A DNA stretch of 63,722 nucleotides, the filler included, from Octopus bimaculoides (Eukaryota): the NCBI RefSeq assembly GCF_001194135.2. It is 8 parts of 6 records of this genome, joined end to end, with 100 filler letters (N's around TTAATTAATTAA, not from the genome) between each part and the next. Parts side by side here need not be neighbours in the genome. Positions count along the whole stretch, not along the records: positions 1 to 20,218 come from NC_068988.1; positions 20,319 to 26,657 come from NC_068993.1; 6 more parts are not named here. One strand, written 5' to 3'. Below, piece after piece: positions 11,960-23,850 of this stretch. The translations under genes were made by a program, and so were the position numbers. The first letter of the stretch is position 1, and the number at the start of each line of letters is the position of its first letter. The notes under the pieces were generated by a model. The model saw only the letters and a list, made by a program, of their open reading frames with translations, was not told the DNA's origin and ran no database searches.

Positions 11960-12220
11960 CAGAATCTATCCCTCGCCATTCCTTCCCAAAGGCTTAAATC
12001 TACAGCCACTAACATGTATTATAACCGAGCGAAACAGGGTTTATATAACGAGATACCCCTTGTAAAATCCTCTGATGAGACGCTTCGGTACCGAAGGAGG
12101 CACCACCATCAGTTTTATAGAATCCCACCAGCGAGGGATCGATGCAAGATAGGTCGAAACGATCGTTGTGAGCAATAAAGTTTCTCGTATATTCTATTTT
12201 CCGTCTTTATCATTTCTTAT
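11960..12220 (+). mobile_element. Penelope-like element 3' end
   Basis: Translates to ...FLPKGLN (PxGLN is typical of the end of PLE GIY-YIG domains), then a hammerhead-like motif and AATAAA at 12174-12179. Confidence 0.6.
12066..12172 (+). ncRNA. Hammerhead-ribozyme-like motif, PLE minimal type with expanded stem II
   Basis: CTGATGA 12072-12078; GAC/GTC stem II base; GAAA 12156-12159; palindromic ACGATCGT then T; stem I not convincingly paired. Confidence 0.45.
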
Positions 12221-12232
12221 ATAGATATAGAC

Positions 12233-12412
12233 GGATGCGTGGCTATGTGGTGAGAGGTTTGCCTCCTAGTCACATAGTTCCGGGTTTAGTCCCACTGCTT
12301 GACAAATTGGGTATCTCCTGTTATGCAGCCTCAAGCCGACCAATGCTTTGTGAGTGGATTTCATAGACATAAAATGAAAAGCTTGTCATACATACATGCA
12401 TACATACATACA

Positions 12413-12446
<34 letters not shown>

Positions 12447-12610
12447 CATACATACATACACACACACAGACACACACATATATATAAGTAGAATAAGTAC
12501 TAGGCTTAAGTAATGGGGTCGAGTCGCTCGACTAAAATTTTTCATGGCAGTGCCCCAGCATGACCGCAGTCTAATGTTTAAAATGTCTAAAACAAGTAAA
12601 AGATAAAAGG
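12233..12610 (+). mobile_element. SINE family B variant with internal (TACA)n(CA)n, partly deleted 3' half
   Basis: Head and tail align to other B copies. Confidence 0.8.
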
Positions 12611-12804
12611 AAAAAGAAAGAATATACATATACACGCACGCACACATACACACACACACAAACACATACACGCGCAACCACACACATTTATCCAAACNNN
12701 NNNNNNNNNNNNNNNNNNNNNNNNNNNNNNNNNNNNNNNNNNNNNNNNNNNNNNNNNNNNNNNNNNNNNNNNNNNNNNNNNNNNNNNNNNNNNNNNNCTC
12801 TCTC

Positions 12805-12837
<33 letters not shown>

Positions 12838-13137
12838 TTTTGTCTGTCTCTCTTTTCCTTCTTCCATATCTTTCCTATATTTCTTCCACTCTCTCTGTCC
12901 CTCTCTCACGCTCTCTCTCCTTTACTCATTCTTTTCTGGTTTGTCTGTCACTCCCCCGTCTGTCATTCTCTCGCTGACTCTCCCTTATCTCTCTCTTTCT
13001 CTAATTCTCTCCCTATCCTTTCTTTCTCCCTCTTTCTTTAGTCTGTCTCTACTTCTCCCCTACTCTCCTCCTCCTCCTTATAACAATCCATTCTATTCAA
13101 ATTTCTAATTCTTTTTCTTTCCTCACGACAAATATAT

Positions 13138-13167
13138 CGCCATATTTTATTGAACTTCCGCCATGTT
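13138..13167 (-). promoter_or_regulatory. Composite ETS+YY1-like motif plus a second ATGGCG
   Basis: Minus strand AACATGGCGGAAGT (13167-13154) and AAAATATGGCG (13148-13138). Confidence 0.3.
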
Positions 13168-13396
13168 TCTTCTTCAAATTCTCCTGTTTTACTCCGTTTT
13201 TATGACATTTTATCTCTTGTATATCTCCTTAACTAATTGCTCTCAACAAGATGGTGTGTTGATTATGACAGTTGATCTGATTAAATATCCCAATAGCTTA
13301 ATGATAAACACATCAACAAACATTAAAAATACATGTTTATGTGTGCGTGTGTGCGTGTGTGTGTGTGTATGTGTAGTATGTGTGTGTGTTTGTGTT

Positions 13397-13433
<37 letters not shown>

Positions 13434-14175
13434 NNNNNNNNNNNNNNNNNNNNNNNNNNNNNNNNNNNNNNNNNNNNNNNNNNNNNNNNNNNNNNNNNNN
13501 NNNNNNNNNNNNNNNNNNNNNNNNNNNNNNNNNNNNNNNNNNNNNNNNNNNNNNNNNNNNNNNNNNNNNNNNNNNNNNNNNNNNNNNNNNNNNNNNNNNN
13601 NNNNNNNNNNNNNNNNNNNNNNNNNNNNNNNNNNNNNNNNNNNNNNNNNNNNNNNNNNNNNNNNNNNNNNNNNNNNNNNNNNNNNNNNNNNNNNNNNNNN
13701 NNNNNNNNNNNNNNNNNNNNNNNNNNNNNNNNNNNNNNNNNNNNNNNNNNNNNNNNNNNNNNNNNNNNNNNNNNNNNNNNNNNNNNNNNNNNNNNNNNNN
13801 NNNNNNNNNNNNNNNNNNNNNNNNNNNNNNNNNNNNNNNNNNNNNNNNNNNNNNNNNNNNNNNNNNNNNNNNNNNNNNNNNNNNNNNNNNNNNNNNNNNN
13901 NNNNNNNNNNNNNNNNNNNNNNNNNNNNNNNNNNNNNNNNNNNNNNNNNNNNNNNNNNNNNNNNNNNNNNNNNNNNNNNNNNNNNNNNNNNNNNNNNNNN
14001 NNNNNNNNNNNNNNNNNNNNNNNNNNNNNNNNNNNNNNNNNNNNNNNNNNNNNNNNNNNNNNNNNNNNNNNNNNNNNNNNNNNNNNNNNNNNNNNNNNNN
14101 NNNNNNNNNNNNNNNNNNNNNNNNNNNNNNNNNNNNNNNNNNNNNNNNNNNNNNNNNNNNNNNNNNNNNNNNNNN

Positions 14176-14275
14176 NGTCAACGGTCAATCATAGCTATGG
14201 CTGACCGGAAGTTGGAAATTTTTTTACACAGGAGAGCTAAGAAAAGGGGGAGATGACAAAAGGGGGAGTAGGAGT
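14176..14275 (-). mobile_element. Fragment of the PLE-type repeat seen at 59084-59400
   Basis: GTCAACG..TCAT..GGAAGTT..CAGGAGAGCTAA..AAAGGGGGAGAT.ACAAAAGGGGG aligns with 59270-59375. Confidence 0.6.
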
Positions 14276-14469
14276 GTGTTGGGGTGGGGTGGGATGAGCT
14301 TATGAAGGGGGAAGGGGAAGGTGGATGTAAGAAAGGGGGAGTCGAGGGTGCATAGCCCAGTGCCGCGATTCCTGTTCCTGGACCGGGTAGTGCGTAGTGT
14401 TCATAAAACCTGACGTATGGTACACCATACACTGTGCACCTGTAAAGGTAACTTCGATTTGTTGGAGGG

Positions 14470-14870
14470 ATTGAACTAACGTTGTTGGCATCCTTTTGTC
14501 TCGGGAGACAATAGAGTTGCGGATAAACTAATCCAGTCTGGTTTTTACATTTAATGTCCTCTCCAGTTTCTTCTCCAGTTTTGCGCAGGCCCGTACTAGA
14601 TGTAAGAAGATCCTGGGTAGCCCAATCGTCAGGATTCCTCTCTCTCTCTCGACCCTGCTGACATAGTCTAAAGGAGTGCAGAGCATTACGTTTGGCAACA
14701 GCTTGGTTGCAGGAGCTGCCGGAAGAGTGTCGAGTCGAGCACTAAACCGCCTACTGGGCTCCACTCCGAGTTTCTTTGAAGGTTGTCTCCTTTCCGTTAC
14801 CCTGGATAGGGGCCCATACCGGGTACTGTCAGCCGGAGCCAGCTGTGCTCGGGACCCGTGTGAGAGAGAG
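14470..14870 (+). mobile_element. Probable RTE/BovB-like LINE 5' UTR
   Basis: TTGGCAACAGCTTGGTTGCAGGAGCTGCCGGAAG...CTCCACTCCGAG resembles RTE 5' UTRs as I recall them; no ORF support. Confidence 0.4.
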
Positions 14871-14887
14871 GTACATATATTTATAAA

Positions 14888-14954
<67 letters not shown>

Positions 14955-15919
14955 NNNNNNNNNNNNNNNNNNNNNNNNNNNNNNNNNNNNNNNNNNNNNN
15001 NNNNNNNNNNNNNNNNNNNNNNNNNNNNNNNNNNNNNNNNNNNNNNNNNNNNNNNNNNNNNNNNNNNNNNNNNNNNNNNNNNNNNNNNNNNNNNNNNNNN
15101 NNNNNNNNNNNNNNNNNNNNNNNNNNNNNNNNNNNNNNNNNNNNNNNNNNNNNNNNNNNNNNNNNNNNNNNNNNNNNNNNNNNNNNNNNNNNNNNNNNNN
15201 NNNNNNNNNNNNNNNNNNNNNNNNNNNNNNNNNNNNNNNNNNNNNNNNNNNNNNNNNNNNNNNNNNNNNNNNNNNNNNNNNNNNNNNNNNNNNNNNNNNN
15301 NNNNNNNNNNNNNNNNNNNNNNNNNNNNNNNNNNNNNNTATACACACACATGTATGTATGTATGCAACCATGTGTGTGTTTGTATTTGTGTATGTGTGTA
15401 TGTATATATATATGTATGTGTATGTATGTATGTATGCGTGTGTATGTAATATGTATGTATGTGTGTATGTATGTGCATGTATGTATGTGTATATATATGT
15501 ATGTATGTATGTGTTGTTAAAAAGAAGCAAACAGGTAGAACAGGTAGCAGCTTGAAAAGAACGAGTCTGAGCGGAAGGAAAAAGATAAGACAGAGATGTA
15601 GGACGGGGGGGGGGGATAAAAAAGGTGAAAAAAGAAGAAAAAGAAGGAGTAAGAGGATAGTAGTAAGGAGAGGAAGGTGGAAAGAAAAAAAGCCTCAGGA
15701 GACCCGGAAGCAATCAGGGAGATTACGAGGAGGGCAGGTGTGCTCCAACACGTTTCTGATTGCTTCCGGGTGCCCACTATTTGTGTCCTACTCTCCTTCT
15801 TCCGTGTTTTCCATCATATCATCCGCCTGTTCGACTCCCTTATTCGCTTCCTTCTTCTCTGTGTTATTCTCGTGTCCTTTCTTTTTTTATCAGCGAGAGA
15901 GAGATGGGGGGTGGGGAGT

Positions 15920-16162
15920 GGGTGAGGAGGGGAAGAAAGAAGAAAAAAAGGAAGGGAAAGAAGGGAAGAAGAAACGAAGAAAACAGAAAGAAAGAAAGAA
16001 GATGAAAGAAAAGGTGAAAGAAAGAAAGAAAGAAAAGGTGAAAGAAAGAAAGAAAGAAAAGGTGATAGAAAGAAAGAAAGAAAAGGTGAAAGAAAGAAAG
16101 AAGATGAAAGAAGAGGTGAAAGAAAGAAAGGGAGAAAGAAGATGAAAGAAAAGTGAAAGAAA

Positions 16163-16207
<45 letters not shown>

Positions 16208-16430
16208 GAAAGAAAAGGTGAAAGAAAGAAAGAAAGAAAGATAAAAGAAAAGGTGAAAGAAAGAAGATAAAAGAAAAGATGAAAGAAAGAAGATGAAAGA
16301 AAAGGGGAAAGAAAGAAGATGAAAGAAAAGGTGAAAGAAAGAAGATGAAAGAAAAGGTGAAAGAAAGAAAGAAAGAAAGAAAGAAAGGAAGAAAGAAAGA
16401 AAGAAAGAAAGAAAGGAAGAAAGACAGAGG
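15920..16430 (+). repeat. Purine-rich (GAAA)n array with higher-order GATGAAAGAAAAGGTGAAAGAAAGAA units
   Basis: Directly visible. Confidence 0.9.
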
Positions 16431-16799
16431 AATGGAACTGGTTTCCGTGTGTAAGTCTGTTAATTTGGTGTGAAGATCGACTCATTGAGATTTCACGTGT
16501 TGAACGAAGTATGGCGTCGGCTTCAAATGGTTTGCATAAAGGGGAAAGCCCTGGCGGTACACAGAACAACAACAGTGTCATACACAGAAAGACACACACA
16601 CACACACACACTTCACTCTCTTCGTTCTTCCCTAATGTTCTTTAACCAAGCATCATCCACTCACAACCTTGACACTAAACACCAAACCACCAAACAGACA
16701 CTGACTCCATGAACAGAGAAAGCATCCTCAAGCGGAGATAAGCCAATCTTATCTCTTATTCCACAGCAAGAAAGCAGAAACGTTACTTATATGAAGAAA

Positions 16800-17590
16800 A
16801 TGTTTTGAGATACCCAGTCCTCAAAATCGTTCCAGTTATTGGATCTCATTATCATTGAGGATTTCTCCTGGGGAAAACTCGTCCTTCACATAACTGAATC
16901 CCAAAGTGTGACTCTTCCCTTCAAGGCCAGAAGATACTTCAGCATCCCACAATTGCTGATACTCAGATCGGGTCCACAATGGAGTATTTTACTCATGTCT
17001 GTGACAGTGCTGCTGCACGTAGACATATTCTCGACCACATTCAGAAAATGGCTACGTAGCATAAAATCACTCACAGATACACTTCAACCTCTAGGCCCAC
17101 AGATACACTACCTCTTCTTTATCTTTCTACTGCTACTATAATAACATCTGATCCTTGGAGCTGGCTAGGTTCATGTCACCTCCACTCAGGATTTCCATCC
17201 CACTTGTCTCGCCTCTTCCCATCAACTTTGTTTTGTTCCTCCAACCCCTCACAAATCAATGCGCCCGATCTTTCCTTCTCAAGGCGTCTGTCCCCTGAAA
17301 CCCAGCTCCCTGTTGAAGTCATTTGCACAGGTGTAGACTTACAAAGGTTCATGTGGAAGATTAATGGCATCATTATCACCGGTCTAAAAGGTGATGGACC
17401 TGCAAAGGCCATGGGCACTGAACCTTCTGCAAATAAAACGAAAAATACCCTCAATAGAAGACTGTTAATGCAGTGCCATCACAAGGCAAGGACACACTGT
17501 TTAGCTGTGTTGCATAGGGATCTCACAAGTCTAGAGGCGTAATTCTGGTCTATGCATGGTGTTGCTTACTGTCAATAAATAAATACTACA
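16800..17590 (+). mobile_element. Degenerate CR1/Zenon-like LINE 3' end
   Basis: Broken frames QIGSTMEYFTHVCDSAAARRHILDHIQKMA, LQPL, FYCYYN..LELARFMSPP, SFLLK..LPVEV..VDLQRFMWKIN match QxRPxMEY...LDRIQxRA...LQPL...SFFxRT..LP..DLQxFKxxVN; AATAAA-rich tail. Confidence 0.72.
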
Positions 17591-17796
17591 GGGTCCAGTG
17601 CATTGATTTGCCTGGGGACATATAATGTTGCGAAAACGGCTCTGGGTTACACCTATTCAAACAAGATATATATTAAAAAGTAATATTGGGTGCGGCAGTA
17701 AAACCTGCCATAAGTAAAGCAGGGTGAAACAGTATCTTCCTGTGGCTAAAGTTTTACCGTTATCTTTATTTATTTATCTTTCTATTTTTATTTATT

Positions 17797-18030
17797 TATT
17801 CTTTTATTCTTTTATTTTTTTTTATACGTTTCAGTCATTTGACTGCGCCCATGCTGGAGCACCGCCTTAAAGGGTTTTAGTCGAACAAATCGACCCCAGG
17901 ACTTATTCTTTGTAAGCCTAGTACTTATTCTATCGGAGTCTTTTTGCCGAACCGCTACGTTACGGGGACATGAACACACCAACACCGGTTGTCAAGCGAT
18001 AATGAGCGACAAACACAGACACAGATATAC
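17797..18030 (-). mobile_element. SINE family B, 3' half
   Basis: Aligns to 8798-9010. Confidence 0.9.
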
Positions 18031-18513
18031 ACACACACATGAATAAATAAATGAATAAATAAATGAATATATATATATATATATATATANNNNNNNNNNN
18101 NNNNNNNNNNNNNNNNNNNNNNNNNNNNNNNNNNNNNNNNNNNNNNNNNNNNNNNNNNNNNNNNNNNNNNNNNNNNNNNNNNNNNNNNNNNNNNNNNNNN
18201 NNNNNNNNNNNNNNNNNNNNNNNNNNNNNNNNNNNNNNNNNNNNNNNNNNNNNNNNNNNNNNNNNNNNNNNNNNNNNNNNNNNNNNACCGTAGTACTATT
18301 TTTTTTTAAACCTGGTACTTTTTCTAACGGTCTCTTGGATCTCGTCTTTCTCATTCGCAAAATGAGCCCCCTCTTAATTTTGCTGAGGTTGCTTTCAATT
18401 TTGGTGTATCGATGCAATTCTGAATTTTGATTACAATTAACCAATTACTTTCTCTCGTAAATTAAAGAATCTGATGTTATTTGGAATTAAAGTTGGGAAA
18501 TATGGGTAATTTT

Positions 18514-18561
18514 AGCCAATCGACAGACAGCGTGGCATTAGCAGCTTGTTACCATGACAAC
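18514..18561 (+). promoter_or_regulatory. CCAAT box plus RFX X-box
   Basis: AGCCAATC 18514-18521; GTTACCATGACAAC 18548-18561, one mismatch to GTNRCC-N0-3-RGYAAC. Confidence 0.45.
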
Positions 18562-19589
18562 CGCACACTGTGTTGTGGTTCACTGTTGTCTATGTTGATT
18601 TTTCACACTTGATTCATCACACCGTGAGATTCTTTTCACCCGCGTGTTTTGTTTTAATTTTTCTGTGTTAGTATATTACATATTTTTCTGTGCTTCTGTG
18701 TGTTAGCATTTTTACGGATTTTTCATTTCAAATATTTTTGGGATTCATTGACTCAGGTAGCTGGATTTATAATCTCACTAGGTTAATTCTATTCATGAAA
18801 ATTTTAATTAGGAATATTTCAACAACTTAAATGAAATTTAGCCCACGTAACAAGAACTGAGAGGAATATCGTGGAACAGAGAAACTGCGGCTGATACAGA
18901 TAATTTGACATTATTTTTGAGTTCTGCATGCAAAAACGTATACGAAACAGGTATTCTTTTCCTTGGGACAAATTCTTTGTTGACCAATGTTATTCTTATC
19001 GTAGTTTACAAATCCTAGCATGAAAACGTTACTCAACTTTGGAGTTCTGGAGACAGACGCTCCCTTTTCACACAAACACACACACATGCACTTATATATT
19101 AATGATGTACACAAATACATGACAGGTATACATAATGCTGAAATACGCATACAGTAAACACGTGCAGACAAATATATTAATATTAGTAATTAAAAAAATA
19201 ATTAAAAAATACCATCAATGAAGAGACAAAAGAAACTTTAAGATGATACATGTTGATTTTATTAGGTATTTCTGTTTATATAGAAACCTACAATGAACAG
19301 GTCAGACGCCAAACTATAAATTTCACAGGGTACAACCTTAAAGTTGACACCGCTCCGCTAAACGCAGAAAATTTCTGTCTCGCTGCTGGCTAAAAATACT
19401 CAGTTTTCGATTTTTAAAACCTCTGTAACTTTTTTCTCCAATTTTTTTCTCCACAACATCATACATTCATAGCAATGAGACTTTTCACTTCTTTTAAAAA
19501 ATGCATATTTTGCGGATGAAAATAACTAGATCGGGTCTATTTTTTGTGAAACCTCTAAATTATGGGTTCGTAAATAAAGCAACATCGCT

Positions 19590-19760
19590 TGTCAGGCGAT
19601 GGTGCAGGATAAAAATAAAGACACACACACACACACACACACACACAGAGAGAAAACTTTCCGTCCACCAAATCCATTCACTATAGCCCGGGTCTACAGT
19701 AAAAGACACTTGACTAAGGTACCGCGCAGTATGACTCAACACAGAATCATCATACGGTTT
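19590..19760 (-). mobile_element. Degenerate SINE family B, mainly 5' half
   Basis: Remnants CCGGG.CTACAGTAAAAGACACTTGACTAAGGTACCGCGCAG and ATCGCTTGTCAGGCGATG. Confidence 0.65.
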
Positions 19761-20047
19761 AAGCGCAAACTTCTTATAACACACCCAAAGTTTTGGGGGT
19801 TTTTTTGCCGCATCCCGTACAAATAAAATAAGATAAATAAATTCTTACTACTAGTTACTCTCACAACACTCAGTCTTCTTTCTGCTTGTAGGTGAAGTTG
19901 TGGGGTTCGAACCACAGGTTCTATTAACCGCAATGGTATAGTCACAAAAATATTTCTCAAATCCAGCTACCCAACCACAGCGCTCTATCTTATTTGTCCA
20001 TTCTGCAGTACATCTGCCTGTCCATCCGATTCTCTGTCTGTCCATTC

Positions 20048-20079
<32 letters not shown>

Positions 20080-20262
20080 CTTTCTTTATCTATCCCCTTC
20101 CCCATCTCCCCCCTCTCTCTCTCCTCTCTCATTTTCCATCCTTCCATCTCGTTTCTCTCACCCTCCCTCTCTATCTCCTTCTGTCACTCTCTCTCCCTCC
20201 CTATATATATATATATATNNNNNNNNNNNNNNNNNNNNNNNNNNNNNNNNNNNNNNNNNNNN

Positions 20263-20274
20263 TTAATTAATTAA
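20263..20274. other. Artificial scaffold-join linker TTAATTAATTAA; also at 26702, 33482, 35898, 55799, 59568, 61631
   Basis: Identical 12-mer centred in N runs (44 N on the sides I counted); stop codons in all six frames. Confidence 0.95.
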
Positions 20275-20404
20275 NNNNNNNNNNNNNNNNNNNNNNNNNN
20301 NNNNNNNNNNNNNNNNNNGTAAGTAGGTAGGTAGGTAGGTAGGTAGGTAAGTAGGTAGGTAGGTAGGTAGGTAGGTAGATAGGTAGGTAGGTAGGTAAGT
20401 AGGC

Positions 20405-20477
<73 letters not shown>

Positions 20478-20789
20478 CATAGATAGATAGATATGTGCGT
20501 ATATGAATGTATATATGAGTTTGTATGTGTTCTTGCTTTTAGTTTGTTGTAACCTCCAAGGCCAACATCGTTCTGGACCATCGTCTTCAGTGTAATATAA
20601 AACGCCTAAGTTTTCTTAGAACACATCATCATCGTTCATCTTCAATTCTACCATAACTTTAGTGTCGTCTGCATATCTGCTGAGTGAGGACGATTTTATA
20701 TTTTTCAAGCCTGACAGCATTATGATGGACAATTAAGTGTTATTATCTTCGTAATAGTATGTAGGTGGAAAGAAACGATAACGAGAAAG

Positions 20790-20930
20790 CTATAAATATA
20801 AAAAGGGAAGCGTGTGGGAGACATAGCCAAACACTGAGTTACACAACTGTGATATTATGTGGGAAGAAAAGAAAGTTGTCGATATATCCTGTAAGGGAAC
20901 GATATGACAGGAAATATACAGTCCATGAGA
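20790..20930 (+). mobile_element. Possible very old RLE-type non-LTR fragment
   Basis: NTELHNCDIMWEEKKVVDISC resembles HNRPDIxxW..K..VVDVSCP (compare 11200). Confidence 0.3.
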
Positions 20931-21293
20931 TAATAAGCCGATGTCGCCCACATTCTCAGTGGATTCTGCTTGAAAGTTCCCCTGGTATATTCGCCTTTGC
21001 GAATAACTTGGCACAAAAATACTTTTATCGAAGTTTTCAACGGCGGGAGACCAGTAAACTCTGACGTAAGAGAACAAGTATCTAGTAAATCTTGTGCAGA
21101 AATTATATTGGTAGCCACTGCGAAGAGAAAAAGAAAGACGCAGAATGAAAAAACGGAGGTCGCTTACGACTAGTTCCATGACATTTGGAAAAATTCAGAA
21201 GTGAACGCAATAAGTTAGTAGCTGGCAGAATCGAAGAGAGAGGTAATTCTTTGTGGAATATCGTGTATAATATAACGTACATATCCTTAATAA

Positions 21294-21582
21294 CCCATTA
21301 CCTACCAGTGATCTCATATGAGATCAATTAAAAATTACAAATTTCGTAATTATCTGTCAATATTTACACATATCTAACCTTTTTGCTATATCTACTAGGT
21401 ATATTTCTCTGATAATCAAATGAGGTTTGCTAATTTTTCACCCAATATCTCGCTTATTTCTATTTAAAATGTTATTTTGAAATGTTATTTTGATCATTCC
21501 AGCGTGTTTCTAAGGCTGTTTTATGCTAGAAATCAAAGTTTCATAAAAAATTCCAGTTAATAGAATTATGGAAGGTAATGGG
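21294..21582. mobile_element. piggyBac-type MITE (289 bp)
   Basis: TIRs CCCATTACCTACCA / TGGAAGGTAATGGG (13/14), TTAA on the right and ATAA on the left; internal 18-bp palindrome 21309-21326. Confidence 0.7.
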
Positions 21583-21622
21583 TTAAGATGTGACAGATTC
21601 CGATAGATAGAAAAATATAGAA

Positions 21623-21840
21623 AGCGGCGAGCTGGCAGAAACGTTATTACGCCGGGCGAAATGCTTAGCGGTCTTTCGTCTGCCGTTGCGTTCTGAGTTC
21701 AAAATTCGCCTTTCATCCTTTCGGGATCGATTAAATAAGTACCAGTTACGCACTGGGATCGATATAATCGACTTAATCCGTTTGTTTGTCCTTGTTTGTC
21801 CCCGCTGTGTGTAGCCCCTTGTGGGCAGTAAAGAAATAAG
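21623..21840 (+). mobile_element. tRNA-derived SINE, family C, full length with target-site duplication
   Basis: GAGCTGGCAGAAACG head, B-box GAGTTCAAA; 14-bp direct repeat AGAAAAATATAGAA at 21609-21622 and 21839-21852. Confidence 0.9.
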
Positions 21841-22652
21841 AAAAATATAGAATTCGGTGAAAATAAGTAGTCGTGGAATACTTCCACTGGATGTAAATCG
21901 TAGGCATCAAAAATTATTATAAATAATCAAACATGAATAAAATTAACTACTTCGGTTATAACCACTTTAAAACATTTATTATCAATTTTATTTAATTATT
22001 TGTTATACCATTAAAGAGTTGGACGATTGGACTATGTTGGAATCAGTCTTTGCTCTTCGCATATGTTCGCCACGTTGAATTTACTTAAACCGAACAGAGC
22101 AAACGAGGACTAAAATGTTCTCGTCTGTAAAGAAATCATAAAAGAAATCAATTGATTTTTTTTCTTTTTTCTGGCATAAGGATTTTCAATGAAAGCTAAG
22201 AAGACATGCGTTTTAAACAAGCAAGTTTAAGAATTTTAATATAATTTTAGTAAATAGTTTTGATATTCATTTACGAATGAATTATTTTGATATAGTTTAA
22301 CTGCTACGTTTGCAAGAGAAAATACTTTTAAAGATATGGTTATTTATGAACATTTTATGTAAAAACCTACCAATTAATGTTTCCATTTATTTAATCTTCA
22401 AACTTATCCCCGCATTTCTTCTAAGAATTGTTTGTCTTTTAGAATATCCAAGCAGAAATTTCTTTGAAATTTTGTTGCACAGTAAACTAAAGATTCTCTT
22501 TTATTCATTGTTCAAAAGATAAAATGTGTATTTTGATGAATTTTTCTAAATAATAAGTAAAGTTGCATATTTTTTCTTTTTGAGACGTCCGTCAAATTTC
22601 TAACGTGCATACACACACACACACACACATATATACATTCACATATCTGTAT

Positions 22653-22701
<49 letters not shown>

Positions 22702-23285
22702 TATGTATGTATGTATGCATGTATGTTTGTATGTATATGTATATATACATACATATATATGTATAAATATTCATATACATACACAAATGCACACATATAT
22801 AAACACACTCACACACACACACATATGCGTATATACGAGAGGTATATATAAATATAAGCGCACATATCAGATGGGAATATATTGAAGAGAAACTCGAGAA
22901 ATAACAACCAAATCTCCCTCAAATCACAACTTAGCGTCTTAAAAAGAGGACACATTAGATATTGTATTTCTCGATGTTCTACACCTACATAAAAGACGTG
23001 ATGGTCACGACCGGAATGTATTTAATCATACATCAGGTCAAATAAATCTAGTCAGTTAAGTTGACCAAACAACAATCCTAAAGATGTGTCCTTGCGAACA
23101 GTTTTTAAAATTAACAATATTGTTAATATTCCGTCTCTTCGTCTCCCATAACTTAGTGATTCGACATAGAGAGATCAATAAAATAAATAGTAGACGGGAA
23201 TAATTGCTGGGAGAGGGGTTGATATGATTGTCTAAATCCGAAATTCTTCACTCGGAAAAACCAGATTAACATCTGCAACGACAAC

Positions 23286-23368
<83 letters not shown>

Positions 23369-23392
23369 TGAGTCTGTTCAAAAAAAAGTGAA

Positions 23393-23540
23393 TGTGGTAA
23401 GAAGCTTGCTTCGCAACCACATGGTTCCGCTTTCAGTCCCACAGCATAAAACACCTTGGGCAAGTATTTTCTATTATAGCCTCGAGCCGACCAAAGCGTT
23501 GTAAATGAATTTGGTAGACAGAAATTGAAAGAAGCTCGTA
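23393..23540 (+). mobile_element. SINE family B, 5' half only
   Basis: Head and CORE-like domain, ending where the internal microsatellite normally starts. Confidence 0.85.
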
Positions 23541-23850
23541 GTTAGCCCTGAAACTCGAGTCGCCTTTATATATTTATATTTATATATTTGATCCTTTATA
23601 TTGAACACTCAATATTTCATCTACATTCAATACTTTCTTTCATGGTGCCATCCATTTTTATTTTATTTTATTTTATATTATATATTGTATATTCCATATT
23701 CTATACCCCACATTGGTTCTGCAGGAATATAAATAAAACATAAAAAACAGACAGTGTTGGAACTCTTTTAAACAAAATAATATATTCCTCTATACACAAT
23801 CATACAAAAAAAACACCTTTTTTGTATTTATTTTTACTCGCATATATATA

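Noticed and set aside
15459-16611. K/E/R-rich and F/L/S-rich ORFs
   Set aside because: Read-through of the (GAAA)n tract.
20938-21173. ORF DVAHILSGFCLK...TAKRKRK with an NLS-like end
   Set aside because: No splice support or recognisable domain; more likely adjacent to decayed retroelement sequence.
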